From contig CAJINV010000022.1 in the NCBI GenBank assembly GCA_905178155.1, positions 527,458 through 591,457 of the forward strand: a DNA stretch of 64,000 nucleotides. The letters are read 5' to 3'. Numbering within the stretch: the first letter of the stretch is position 1; each line of letters begins with the position of its first letter. Under the pieces are notes generated by a model. The model made no database searches, was not told the DNA's origin, and worked only from the letters and a program-made list of their open reading frames with translations. The position numbers were made by a program, and so were the translations under genes. Positions 12,801-22,450 of the stretch are shown one piece after another. This DNA comes from Amoebophrya sp. A120. Taxonomy: Eukaryota; Protista; Dinoflagellata.

Positions 12801-15800
12801 AATTCTGGAAAAGGAGCAAAGCGCGCTGCTTCCGCCGCCGGTGGCCGAGAACAACCAGAACTCGCTGCTGCAGCCGCAGGGGTATCCTGTGCAAACGTAT
12901 CGTATTTGTAGTAATCCATAATCGCATTTATGCATTGCAAATCTCCATCCCAAGGTAAAACAGCATGACAAATTCCATTTGTCTTGCTGGCCGAATTTGT
13001 AATGCGATTTCTACTACTACGATGCTTTTGCAAAGCATAAGGGCCTGCTGGGAAAGAAGAACGACATGCCGTTCCAGCAGATTGATGCGCAAGAATCCGC
13101 CGCGAAAATGAAAAATGCACTGCTGGATAATCGTCTCCCGGAGGAGCAGCCGCAGTTGGGCGCAAAGGTCGATCATGTCGGCAAGCAAAACATGATGCTC
13201 GGAAAGGAGCAGGTGGTTGTTCCCATGCAGTTGCTGCCAGACGAGGAGAAGAACAAAGAAATGAAGAAGATGGACGAAGACGTCGAGATGCAAGATGCGT
13301 TTGCTCAGGTCGTGCAGGAGCCGCTCGCCGTCCAGGCAGCCCCGGTTGGTGCAGTGATGAAGAAGTCCGGAATGAAGAAAGAAAAAATCGCCCCACCCGC
13401 CATGAAGAAGCAGAACCAGAAAGCCGCGGCACCGAAGGCTGCTCCTGCTGCGGAGGGTAACAATAAGAACGCCGTGAAGAAGCCGAACAACAAAAATAAG
13501 GGCGTCAAAGGCGGGAAAAAGAACGACCTCGACCTGGACTTGGACATCTTTGATGGCGAGGAGGACGAGGTATCACATAGAAAAAAGCAGGCGAAGTATA
13601 TCCATTTGTAAATGCAAAAAACGTTTAGCAGAAAAATCCGTCATGGGCGAAGATCTTCCCATAGCATGCTGTTTAGAAGAGGTTTCCTTACGCAATACAG
13701 ATTTTTCTGTGTGTTCATTTTTGCATGGCAAATAGGCCGTGCCTGGCTTTTTCTGTGGGATACGAGGAAGACATGGACTTGGAGGAGTTGCAGGATGGGG
13801 AGGAGTATCAACTGCAGAAATGTCTGGGTCTGGAAGAATGCCAGACTTGTCATGCTGGTTTTGCATGACCCATGCGGCCTGGCGTGTAGGACATAGCATG
13901 ACAGACTCTGTGAGAGTGCTATCATGCCTATCCTGCATGAATAACCGCCTCTCGATTAGGTCAAAAGTGGACAGCTTTTGGCAATCATGCAACACAGATT
14001 TTTACAAAATCAGATTTAGCATTACAAGTTGCTTTCTTCCAGACCCAGACACTTTTGCATTTGATAAGGAGGACGAGAACGGGGAGAAGCAGAAGGGCGG
14101 AAAAAATGCCATGAAAAAGGTCATGAAAGGGAAGAAAAAAGCCATGCAGAAGGAAGATGAGCAAGGTGCTGCGCAGAAGCAAGTCATGAAGGCAGGGGCG
14201 AAAAAACAGTCCACGGTGGCAGGGGGAGAAATGAGCTACCGCCTGCGGGTCAGCCGCGTGTTCCACGGCCGTTTTGGAAAGACAGTCACTTCGGGTGGAA
14301 TGCAGAAGAAAGACTTGAAGCGAAACAAGCGTGGGAAGATTTATGCTGTGCAAAAGTATCGTGCTCGTATAAATGCATTACAAATTTTCCCAATATGAGA
14401 AATAAAATTTGTCATGCGGAATAACCTTACGAAAAAAATTTGTAATGCATGAATGCAATTACTACGAGTACGATACTTTTGCACAGGATAAGATTGTCTC
14501 AAAGGCAAAATCCGCCGCCGCGAAAAAGAGAACTCCTATGAACTGCAAAAGTATCGTACTAGTACAAGAATTGCATTACAAGTTTGCTCAGCATTACAAA
14601 TTGAACTTGTAATGCGGATTTGCCTTAGGAACCAGATTTGTAATGCATAAATGCAATTGGTACGAGTGCGATACTTTTGCAATTCATAACTCCCCTCCTG
14701 TGGCCAGTGTGCGTCGCGGAAGCGCGAAAGGAGCTCGGTATGGCGTTCTCAACTGTTACATTCTCAACTGTTGCATAAATTTGTAATGCTAAAACAGCAA
14801 AAGCGAAAGCGGAGAGATCATTGCGTGTTTGCAATACAAATCTGGAGCGGATTGTTATGCTGTTTAGCCCTTCGAGACTTTGTGATGCGAGAACACCTTG
14901 ACCGCGTGGCTGCTTGTGGCAGTTTTGCATGATAAATCATGTAACGGCTGAGAATGTAACGTTTGAGAACCCCATACTCGGGACCAAGGGCTTTGGGAAA
15001 ATGAAGAACCCGGCTAAGGGAGGGGGTACCCCAGCGGAGTACGAGCTGTATCGCACGGTGAAGCGCATTTACGAAGTATTGTGAGGAAAAATCCCCCCTG
15101 CCCATGACAAAAAGGGAGACTTCTGAAAATTTGTGATGCCGATTTGTGACCACAAATCGGTTCTGTGTTGCAAGAAGGCCAATCCAGAGACTCCGCCGCA
15201 TTATCCAGGCGGTTTGTGATGCTATGGGGTCTACAGAGTACACATTTGCCGTGCTACGCGCCTACGTCAAGACCCTTCGCCTTGGGCTGGGTATGGGCCT
15301 GCAGTCCTCTACTGCAACACAGACCTGATTTGTGTACGCAAATCCAGCATCAGAAACTTCCGTGTGATATGTGGAGGGGGGATTTTTCATTTTAATACGA
15401 AGAGAAGAAAAAAGTGGCTGGCGAAACGAAAAAGAAAATGGAGGCGGACGTGGCGGCAGCCTTGGCCGACGGAAAAAATGTATGAACTGCAAAAGAAATA
15501 GTATCGTACTAGCATAAATCGCATGACAAATTAGCCCTGCATGACAAGTGGAATTTGTCATGCTGATTTGGCTTGGAAACGATATTTGTAATGCATAACT
15601 GTGATTTTTGCGATTAGTACGAGTACGATACCTTTGCACAGCATAAAATCCCGCCGCGGGCAAGAACATCTTTGGTTTATCGTCGGTGGTGAACAATGGC
15701 GCGGGCGTCGGAGGAGCTCCGGTAGTTGCTGCTGTCCTGGGCGTATGAAATGCAAAAATGTCTGGGTCTGGAAACTTGTGATGCTACAATGTGCATGATG

Positions 15801-18051
15801 AAAACACTTCCGAATGCAGTCCGGCATGACAACTTTCCAAAACGCTTTCTCATAGGCAATCCGCATGAGAAAGTGCGTTTTTGCATGACAAAACAGGCTG
15901 CGACTTTTGTTGGTTATGCAATAGAGATTTTTTAGGTATGGAAAGCTAGCATTACAAGTTCCATTTCCCAGACCCAGACACTTTTACAATCCATAGGGCG
16001 GTGGAGGACCCGCGCCGCACAACATGCCGGATCCGTTCGCGCCGTCCGCGGTGCAAAATAATATCAAATGCAAAAATGTCTGGGTCTGGAAGGTCGGAAC
16101 TTGTGATGCTAACTTTGGATGCTAAAAAAATCTGTATTGCATGACCAGCAAGAGGAGCCCAGTTTGTGCTACGGGGGGAGGGCATTTGTCATGCGGGATA
16201 GGCAGCAGGAAGGCCTCTAAAAATATGTGATGCTAGCTCATGCATTACAGACATCCTGACTCATGCAAAATATGCATGACAAACCTGGTAATCTTCCAGA
16301 CCCAGACATTTTTACAGTTGATAAATAACCAGATGGAAGCACCATTGTTGCAGCACCCAGAGGGCGGGCTGCGTGTTGCTCCTGGCGCGGGTGTAGGTGC
16401 GGTGGCTGCTGTCGTGGGGGGTAGTAACGACCAGATGGTGAACAATGTCCGGCAGATATCCTGTGCAAAAGTATCGTACTCGTAGTAATTGCGTTTATGC
16501 ATGACAAATCTCTTTCTCAAGGGAAATCAGCATTACAAATTCAATTTGTAATGCTGGGCTAACTTGTAATGCAATTGATACTAGTACGATGCTTTTGCAT
16601 TGCATGGCAGAATATGAATAACAATGTGGGCGGTGGTGGTGCTCCCGGAGCAGCATCTTCTTCTTCTTCCTCTCACCAAGTCGTGCCGCAGTTTTTGGGT
16701 CTTCAGCAGCCGCAGCAGTTTGGGGCTACTTCCAGCAACGCAGCGTCTGCAGCTTTACCAGGACAAGGACAGGAGAACAACGGCGACATCATCTTCATGT
16801 CCGGTGAGAAGGTCATGGACGCTTATCCAGGGAAAAACACACATCTCCACCCCCATCCAATCTGTCAAGCAAAACATGCATAAGCTCCAGTGTTTGTCAT
16901 GCAAAAAATGGATGGAGATTGATGTTTTTTCGTGGATATTAGCGCTGAGGGAGATGCGATCTTGGAGCAGGAGCCGGCGCAGGCGGGAGAGCAGAAAGGC
17001 GATATTCCAGAGCAGGATACGCATTGCAAAAGCATCGCACTATGTTGAAATTGCATGCCAACAAATTACTCATCTATCGCGAACAAGAACAAATGTGATA
17101 TCTGTATTGCTGATTCAGGTATTAAGAAACTAGATTTGTCATGCATAGCTGCAAGAACTTAAAAACCTTAGACGAGTACGGTATTTGTTTTGCAACAGTC
17201 TTCGTCCTCGTATAAATGCATTACAAGTTTCCACCTCAGCATGATAACTAAAACCTGTATATGCGGATTTACCCAAAAGAAAAAGATTTGTAATGCATGA
17301 CAGCAAGAATTATTACGAGTACGATACTTTTGCACAGGATAAAGTTCGAGGACCCGAACAAGTCTCCTATCCTGAGCAAAAACGTTCCTATCCCAGAGTT
17401 GTCATGCAAATGCGCAATGACAAAAACATTTGCAATGCGGATCTCCATGAAAGGCATTTCAAATCGCGTTTTGGCATTTGTAATGCTGTAAACAGGATCA
17501 GAAAATGGCTTTCTCATGCGGCTGCCCTTGCTAACCAGCATCACACTTCTGCAGGTGGAAATTTGTCATGCACATCTCTCAAGACTAGGAGATTTGTGTT
17601 GCAGATTTCCCAACTTGTTGACTATGGGGTGTGGGCCCCGTTTTTGCTCAGGATATCTCTCTTCAAGAATCCGTTAAAAGAGATGGATATTAAAGGCGAT
17701 CGAGACTGGGACGCTTTATCAACTGTAAAAGTGTCTGGGTCTGGAAGAATTCGAATTTGTGATGCGAAGTCTACATCATGAGAAAATCTGTGATGCGTGG
17801 CTAGCAAAAGGCCCCACTTCTTGTTTCCGAGAGCCGGGATTTGTCATGCGGATTAGGCATTGGGATATCTGCTCAAAATCTGTGATGCTAGAGCTTGCAT
17901 TCCAGACGATTTGGGTCATACAAAATCTGCATGACAGATCTCGCATTCTTCCAGACCCAGACAATTTTGCATTTGATACGCTTTGTCGGAACCCGAAAGC
18001 CCGGATCCGTATGGGCTGAAAAAACAAAAAGCAGATGCGGCGCAGGAATGA
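9813..18051 (+). CDS. ~1033-aa protein with an internal DVNP-like (dinoflagellate/viral nucleoprotein) domain; 24 exons
   Basis: All 24 exons join in one frame (3102 nt) using the element+5 rule. Domain at ~14230-15076 reads RVSRVFHGRFGKTVTSGGMQKKDLKRNKRGKIVSKAKSAAAKKRTPLLWPVCVAEARKELGTKGFGKMKNP...YELYRTVKRIYE, matching the DVNP core pattern; AMK/SMKK motifs typical of DVNP N-termini recur. Confidence 0.88.
9866..10017. mobile_element. Introner, family B
   Basis: TIR; repeat AAAAA/AAAAA. Confidence 0.92.
10295..10447. mobile_element. Introner, family B
   Basis: TIR; repeat TGCTC/TGCTC. Confidence 0.92.
10536..10787. mobile_element. Introner, family A (same subfamily as 35418-35669, opposite orientation)
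   Basis: TIR; repeat CCGCT/CCGCT. Confidence 0.93.
10906..11122. mobile_element. Introner, family E
   Basis: TATCGCACGAAAA...TTTCCGTGCGATA; repeat CTGGC/CTGGC. Confidence 0.9.
11350..11613. mobile_element. Degenerate A-like introner
   Basis: TATGGATTGCAAATTTCGTCTGGG...TTTGCATTCGACA; repeat GGTGC/AGTAC; frame restored. Confidence 0.75.
11741..11902. mobile_element. Introner, family B
   Basis: TIR; repeat TTCCT/TTCCT. Confidence 0.92.
11968..12229. mobile_element. Introner, family A
   Basis: TIR; repeat GCGCC/GCGCC. Confidence 0.93.
12503..12771. mobile_element. Introner, family A
   Basis: TIR; repeat AAGCA/AAGCA. Confidence 0.92.
12883..13039. mobile_element. Introner, family B
   Basis: TIR; repeat AGGGG/AGGGC. 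Confidence 0.91.
13571..13762. mobile_element. Introner, family F
   Basis: TATCACATAGAAAAAAGC...GCTTTTTCTGTGGGATA; repeat CGAGG/CGAGG. Confidence 0.9.
13806..14066. mobile_element. Introner, family A
   Basis: TIR; repeat AGGAG/AGGAG. Confidence 0.93.
14342..14490. mobile_element. Introner, family B (inside the DVNP domain)
   Basis: TIR; repeat AGATT/AGATT; joins RGKI|VSK. Confidence 0.93.
14537..14688. mobile_element. Introner, family B
   Basis: TIR; repeat ACTCC/ACTCC. Confidence 0.93.
14739..14976. mobile_element. Introner, family G
   Basis: TATGGCGTTCTCAACTGTTACATTCTCA...TGAGAATGTAACGTTTGAGAACCCCATA; repeat CTCGG/CTCGG. Confidence 0.92.
15077..15397. mobile_element. Introner, family D
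   Basis: TATTGTGAGGAAAAATCCCCC...GGGGGATTTTTCATTTTAATA; repeat CGAAG/CGAAG. Confidence 0.92.
15481..15645. mobile_element. Introner, family B
   Basis: TIR; repeat AAATG/AAATC. Confidence 0.9.
15744..15995. mobile_element. Introner, family A
   Basis: TIR; repeat GGGCG/GGGCG. Confidence 0.92.
16062..16323. mobile_element. Introner, family A
   Basis: TIR; repeat AATAA/AATAA. Confidence 0.93.
16457..16606. mobile_element. Introner, family B
   Basis: TIR (right end ATG); repeat GCAGA/GCAGA. Confidence 0.9.
16824..16941. mobile_element. Mini introner (~118 bp)
   Basis: TATCCAGGGAAAAAC...GTTTTTTCGTGGATA(TTA); repeat ACGCT/GCGCT; frame restored. Confidence 0.75.
17018..17341. mobile_element. Composite intron made of two fused family-B introners
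   Basis: Two B bodies joined at TTTTGCAACAGTCTTCGTCCTCGTA (~17190); flanks CAGGA/AAGTT unmatched; frame still restored by element+5. Confidence 0.75.
17368..17655. mobile_element. Introner, family C
   Basis: TIR; repeat TCTCC/TCTCT. Confidence 0.92.
17717..17978. mobile_element. Introner, family A
   Basis: TIR; repeat CGCTT/CGCTT. Confidence 0.93.
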
Positions 18052-18235
18052 TCGAAAAAAAAACCAGTGATTTCTTCTTTGATTTAATCATCATCATCTT
18101 CTTCTACTTTGTCTTTCCGGGATTTCTAATTCGGAAGTTAAGTAGAACAAACTGTACCACCTCCTTCGAGCAGAACTGAACAAACGGTGAATATCAAACT
18201 GGTCTTCTTGAACATCTACCTCACGACATGGATGA

Positions 18236-18384
18236 TATGCACTGCAAAAGTATCGTATTGGTCCTAATTGCAGTTGTGCATTACAAATTTCTTTTTCAAG
18301 CTAAATCAGCATCACAAATTCCATTTGTCATGCTGAGCCAATTTGTATTGCAATACTACGAGCGCGATACTTTTGCAGTGCATA
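18236..18384. mobile_element. Introner, family B (outside any recognised CDS, probable 3' UTR)
   Basis: TIR; repeat GATGA/GACGA. Confidence 0.9.
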
Positions 18385-19272
18385 GACGAAATAAGGCAGC
18401 AACAATCTTTTCACAACTACCAGCAACTCAACCTAAATTTCTTCTTCAACAGCACCGAAAAAGGAAAAACGAGAACACCAAATCGACGACGACGTCACTG
18501 TTATTTTACTGTATCAGGAACAACAGACCGGCTTCTTGTTACATCACGACATCTACATCAAGGAAAGACGTCTTCTTCGAAAGCAGGAACGTCGACGTCG
18601 GCACTTCGAGATCTAACGACAAGTAGACCACGACGACGCGGAAAATATAACGACCTCTTCTTCAACTTTATATCAACTACAACTAATAAAAACGAATGTA
18701 TTTGTATTCTCTTTCTTCAGCACGGGATAAGGATTTTTTCTCCAAGTTCAACTACAGCGGGACGACGAGGAACCATGCTGCATTAAGATTTTTTTCCGAA
18801 ACGAGAACGATTATTGGTACAAACAGCTTCTTTTGATTTCTACCGGACGGCAGAAACTTCTCTCTCTGGGTCGTACCACAAGCGGAGGACGATAATATTA
18901 AATCGGTCGTGGTCCTGGAAAGTGGAAGTAGTATCATGTTGAGGAGGACATCGAGAACATCGATTCAAGTCATCATCATGATCTCGGTGTAGTATGATAG
19001 CAAAACGACCGAACTCGCTAGAAGTTTTTTGACCTCGGGGTCTACAGCAGGAGACACATCACTGGGGACGAGCAGATCCTTCTAGACAACAAGGCGACTC
19101 GTGCCAGCTTTCCGGTACAACTAGAAGAGACCCCTTCAATTATACTCGATTTTCCACCGTGCATGATCTTCATTACCTGCAGTGTTTCCAGAGGCAGGTG
19201 AATGGATGGAGTCATGATCATGTGTTGATCACAAATAATAATTATCCCAGGTACTACAACTTCAACTGGCTC

Positions 19273-19477
19273 TATGGAGAGAAAAAAGTTTGTCACAATC
19301 ACTAATTTGCAGGTTTTGCATTACAAATTTTTTAGCATCACAACTTCTCCTTGTATTGCAGAAACACTAGGGAAATCCCTTATGAAGTGTGGCTGTGATG
19401 CATTTTTACGCATGACAGACAGCTTTGTGTTGCAAAAATGCAGATGACTGATCGTGACGAACTTTTTTCTTTTGATA
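19273..19477. mobile_element. Introner, minor family (outside recognised CDS)
   Basis: TATGGAGAGAAAAAAGTTTGTCAC...GTGACGAACTTTTTTCTTTTGATA; repeat GGCTC/GGCTC. Confidence 0.88.
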
Positions 19478-19535
19478 GGCTCACCACGATGATGTTTCGG
19501 TGACGGTGCTGCAGCTCGAGTTTTTTGTTTTTTAA

Positions 19536-19846
19536 TATCAAAACGAAAAATCCCCCCTCCCCATATCAAAACGGAAATCTGTGATGCAGATTTGTTGTCA
19601 CAAATCAGCTTTGTTATGCTACACGGGAAAAGATGCGGACTGTAGTGCTGGGTGGCGTGGGGGAGCGTTGCATCTTCAGCATGATAGGAGGCAGCTGAGA
19701 GTGGGAAACAGCATGACAAATTGCCTGCAAACGAGACCACGACTGCGGCTCTTGGCCTTCTAGCATGACAAGTCGATTTGGTACCTCAAATCCTGCATCA
19801 CAGATTTCCATTTCGATATGGGGAGGGGGGATTTTTCCGTTTGATA
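19536..19846. mobile_element. Introner, family D (outside recognised CDS)
   Basis: TIR; repeat TTTAA/TTTAA; close relative of 28620-28923. Confidence 0.92.
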
Positions 19847-20655
19847 TTTAACAAAAGTCGTTAGCGGTCCGGTTTTCGATTAAAGAACCTCCTCCTGCTA
19901 CCAGCAATATAGACCACTTCACGACTACTTCCACATAAGGACAGGCCGAAAAAACAATTTTTCTCGGACGGAATAACAACAGCCCGGTACTATAGTACGT
20001 AGCGTTTTCCTGGACCCGCTGCTTTTGTCATGCGTACTGGCGTGAGGAAGAGGATGCTGAAATTGGAGCCTCATGCGCTTGTCTTCTACCGCATGAGGAA
20101 GAGGATACTTCAACACATGGCGAATAAAAAAAAATGAAAATGACAGGTGAAGTGCCGCTCACAACAGGGAGCGTCGATTTCCTGGTTTGACGCAGCACCG
20201 GGATCCACCGAGTTCGTCTAGAGAACAGAGCCTTCACTTTCACCCGAAAAATAGTTCCAACGAAAAGGTAGTAGAACCCGAACAAGGATTTTAGCAACTG
20301 GCACGAGGTGGAAGCACTGTTTTTTAGAACACGGATAAAGGCAAAAAAAACGGACGCGACTTGAACGTGCTCGACCATCTTTTATATCACAAATTATTAC
20401 GTACAACTTGCTCTACAAACAGAACAACACGGTATTGTCAAGAAGAACCTCAAACGGTACAAGTAGTCGTGAAGCGAAATTCCGGGGCATCGACGCTACA
20501 GCCGGAGCTAGTACAACTCGAAAAAATACAACATCATCGAACAATCGGCAAGAGCCAGAAAGTCTTCGGTAGAACTTTCTGAAAGTTCGCTCCTGCAGGA
20601 GCTGCAGGAACGGCGACAAGAACCGGAGATCTAATTTTTGGCTAAGTAGGAGAAC

Positions 20656-20923
20656 TATGGATTGCAAAAATGTCTGGGTCTGGAAGGTTGGAACTTGTCA
20701 TGCTAAATCTGAATCAAAATCATGCAAAAATCTGTGTTGCATGATTTGCAAATGCTGTCCACTTTTGATCAAGTTGAGAGGCACTTTCTCATGCCGGATA
20801 GGCATGATAGTGATCTCACGGAATCTGTCATGCTAGGTCCTCCATTACAGATGATGTGGGTCATGGAAAACCTGCATGACAAGTCTAGCAAAGTTCCAGA
20901 CCCAGACATTTTTACACTTGATA
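20656..20923. mobile_element. Introner, family A (outside recognised CDS)
   Basis: TIR; repeat AGAAC/AGAAC. Confidence 0.93.
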
Positions 20924-22450
20924 AGAACTGCAGGGATTTCGATTGGGGTGCGAAAGCTGCGCGAACAATAGGACAGCTATAAGATGAATCCTTGATGGTA
21001 CTATCGAACCGTGTTGCTTCTGTCTACTGCATGTGAGCTCGGCTTGTGATGTCATGTGCATTTTTTTTTTTTTTTGTTATGCAAGAAAACTTAAACGACG
21101 CCTCTACAAAGCTAATATCGAATCCACAGGTTGTACTTCTGTCTCCTGTTCTTTTCCTTCAAACTCTGCGCTTCACGAGGCGGATCGCGGTCGCTGCACA
21201 AAAAGATTTTATCGAACGGATGCGCGAGTAGCTAGAAATCGGAAAAGGGAAGAATCATTTGGGACACTACGACAACCTTCGTCAACCGCGCGTCAATATT
21301 GCCAGGAATTTCTGCATACGACTTCTTCTGCAATATACAACACACGATATTATTCTTCTAGTTGTGCATTTTTTGGTTGGACAACGAGCGATGATATAGC
21401 AATAGAAAACTACACAGAAGGACTCATTTTTGTTGTGCAAGAGGTGAAACCTCACTTCTTTGTTTTTTACACTATTAAAAATCGAAAGTCAAGTCAAAAT
21501 CTCCTTGGAGTACCGATAAGACTGCGATTACAGACTGACCCAATCCCCATGACTTACCTTTTACAAAAAACTTCAAAAAAAGCAGAAAACCATAAAACAA
21601 GAACGAACGGCCATCAGATTGCAGGTGGAATCTGTGGCCCTGAGATCATCAACTACAAGTGTGTCATCGCAATAGTAGGCGGCGCTGCTGTCGTGTTCAG
21701 AAATAGCTCTGTAGGTGCTCCATTCCTTTGGAAGGATCGAAAAAAAAAACACTTTCTGACTGCTCACGCATGGTTCTTTTGCGAGAACTGCAACCATTCC
21801 GACCTCAGAAGTTCAAGAAGATTTACAATCTACTCTCTACTGTACTTTATTTGCGTGTGAAACAGCATGAGCCAAGGTCTCAATCAGCACTGATGAAAAT
21901 TCAGACCTTTTTTTTATTTCTTAGGGTACAAGAACGACAAGTTCTTGAAGGCCATAAAAAACAACTATGCGGAATTCTCCAAAACTTTATATCTTCCCAA
22001 TGGCACAGGAAGGAACAGAACGTCTGCGTAGCATGTGCGCAGCACCACGACTATGGGTGCTAGATGTACTCGGAAGTAAACATTAATTTTTTGCAAGGAC
22101 GGGGTAATAAGTTCAGTAGCAATCATAGGATCCGCCTGTAACTGATAGTGAAAAGCTACCGTCTGTTGACAGGTTGAGGTGAGGCAGACTTTTGCCACAG
22201 AACCCACTTGGGCGATGAAGTAGTGTTGGATCATGACTATCATGATAGAATGAATCTCCAAGATGTAGTTGACCACGCGCAGCAAAAATCACTTCCTGGT
22301 ACTGGTCTTCTCGAGGATAATTCCGGCGGCCCTGACGGACACATTCCCGTGGCCAGCGTCTGTGCACTAGCAGCTTCAAGCCCAACAGTCATAATTCTTG
22401 CGGAAAAATAGCATGACAAAAAACGAAAACCACACTTCCTCGCAGTCAAC

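Noticed and set aside
9813-18051. Pseudogenes, frameshifting or an alternative genetic code to explain fragmented ORFs
   Set aside because: Removing element+5 nt gives clean standard-code frames with intact conserved motifs
21033-21860. 275-aa ORF upstream of kinase paralog 1
   Set aside because: AT-rich, non-ATG start, no recognisable features; not supportable
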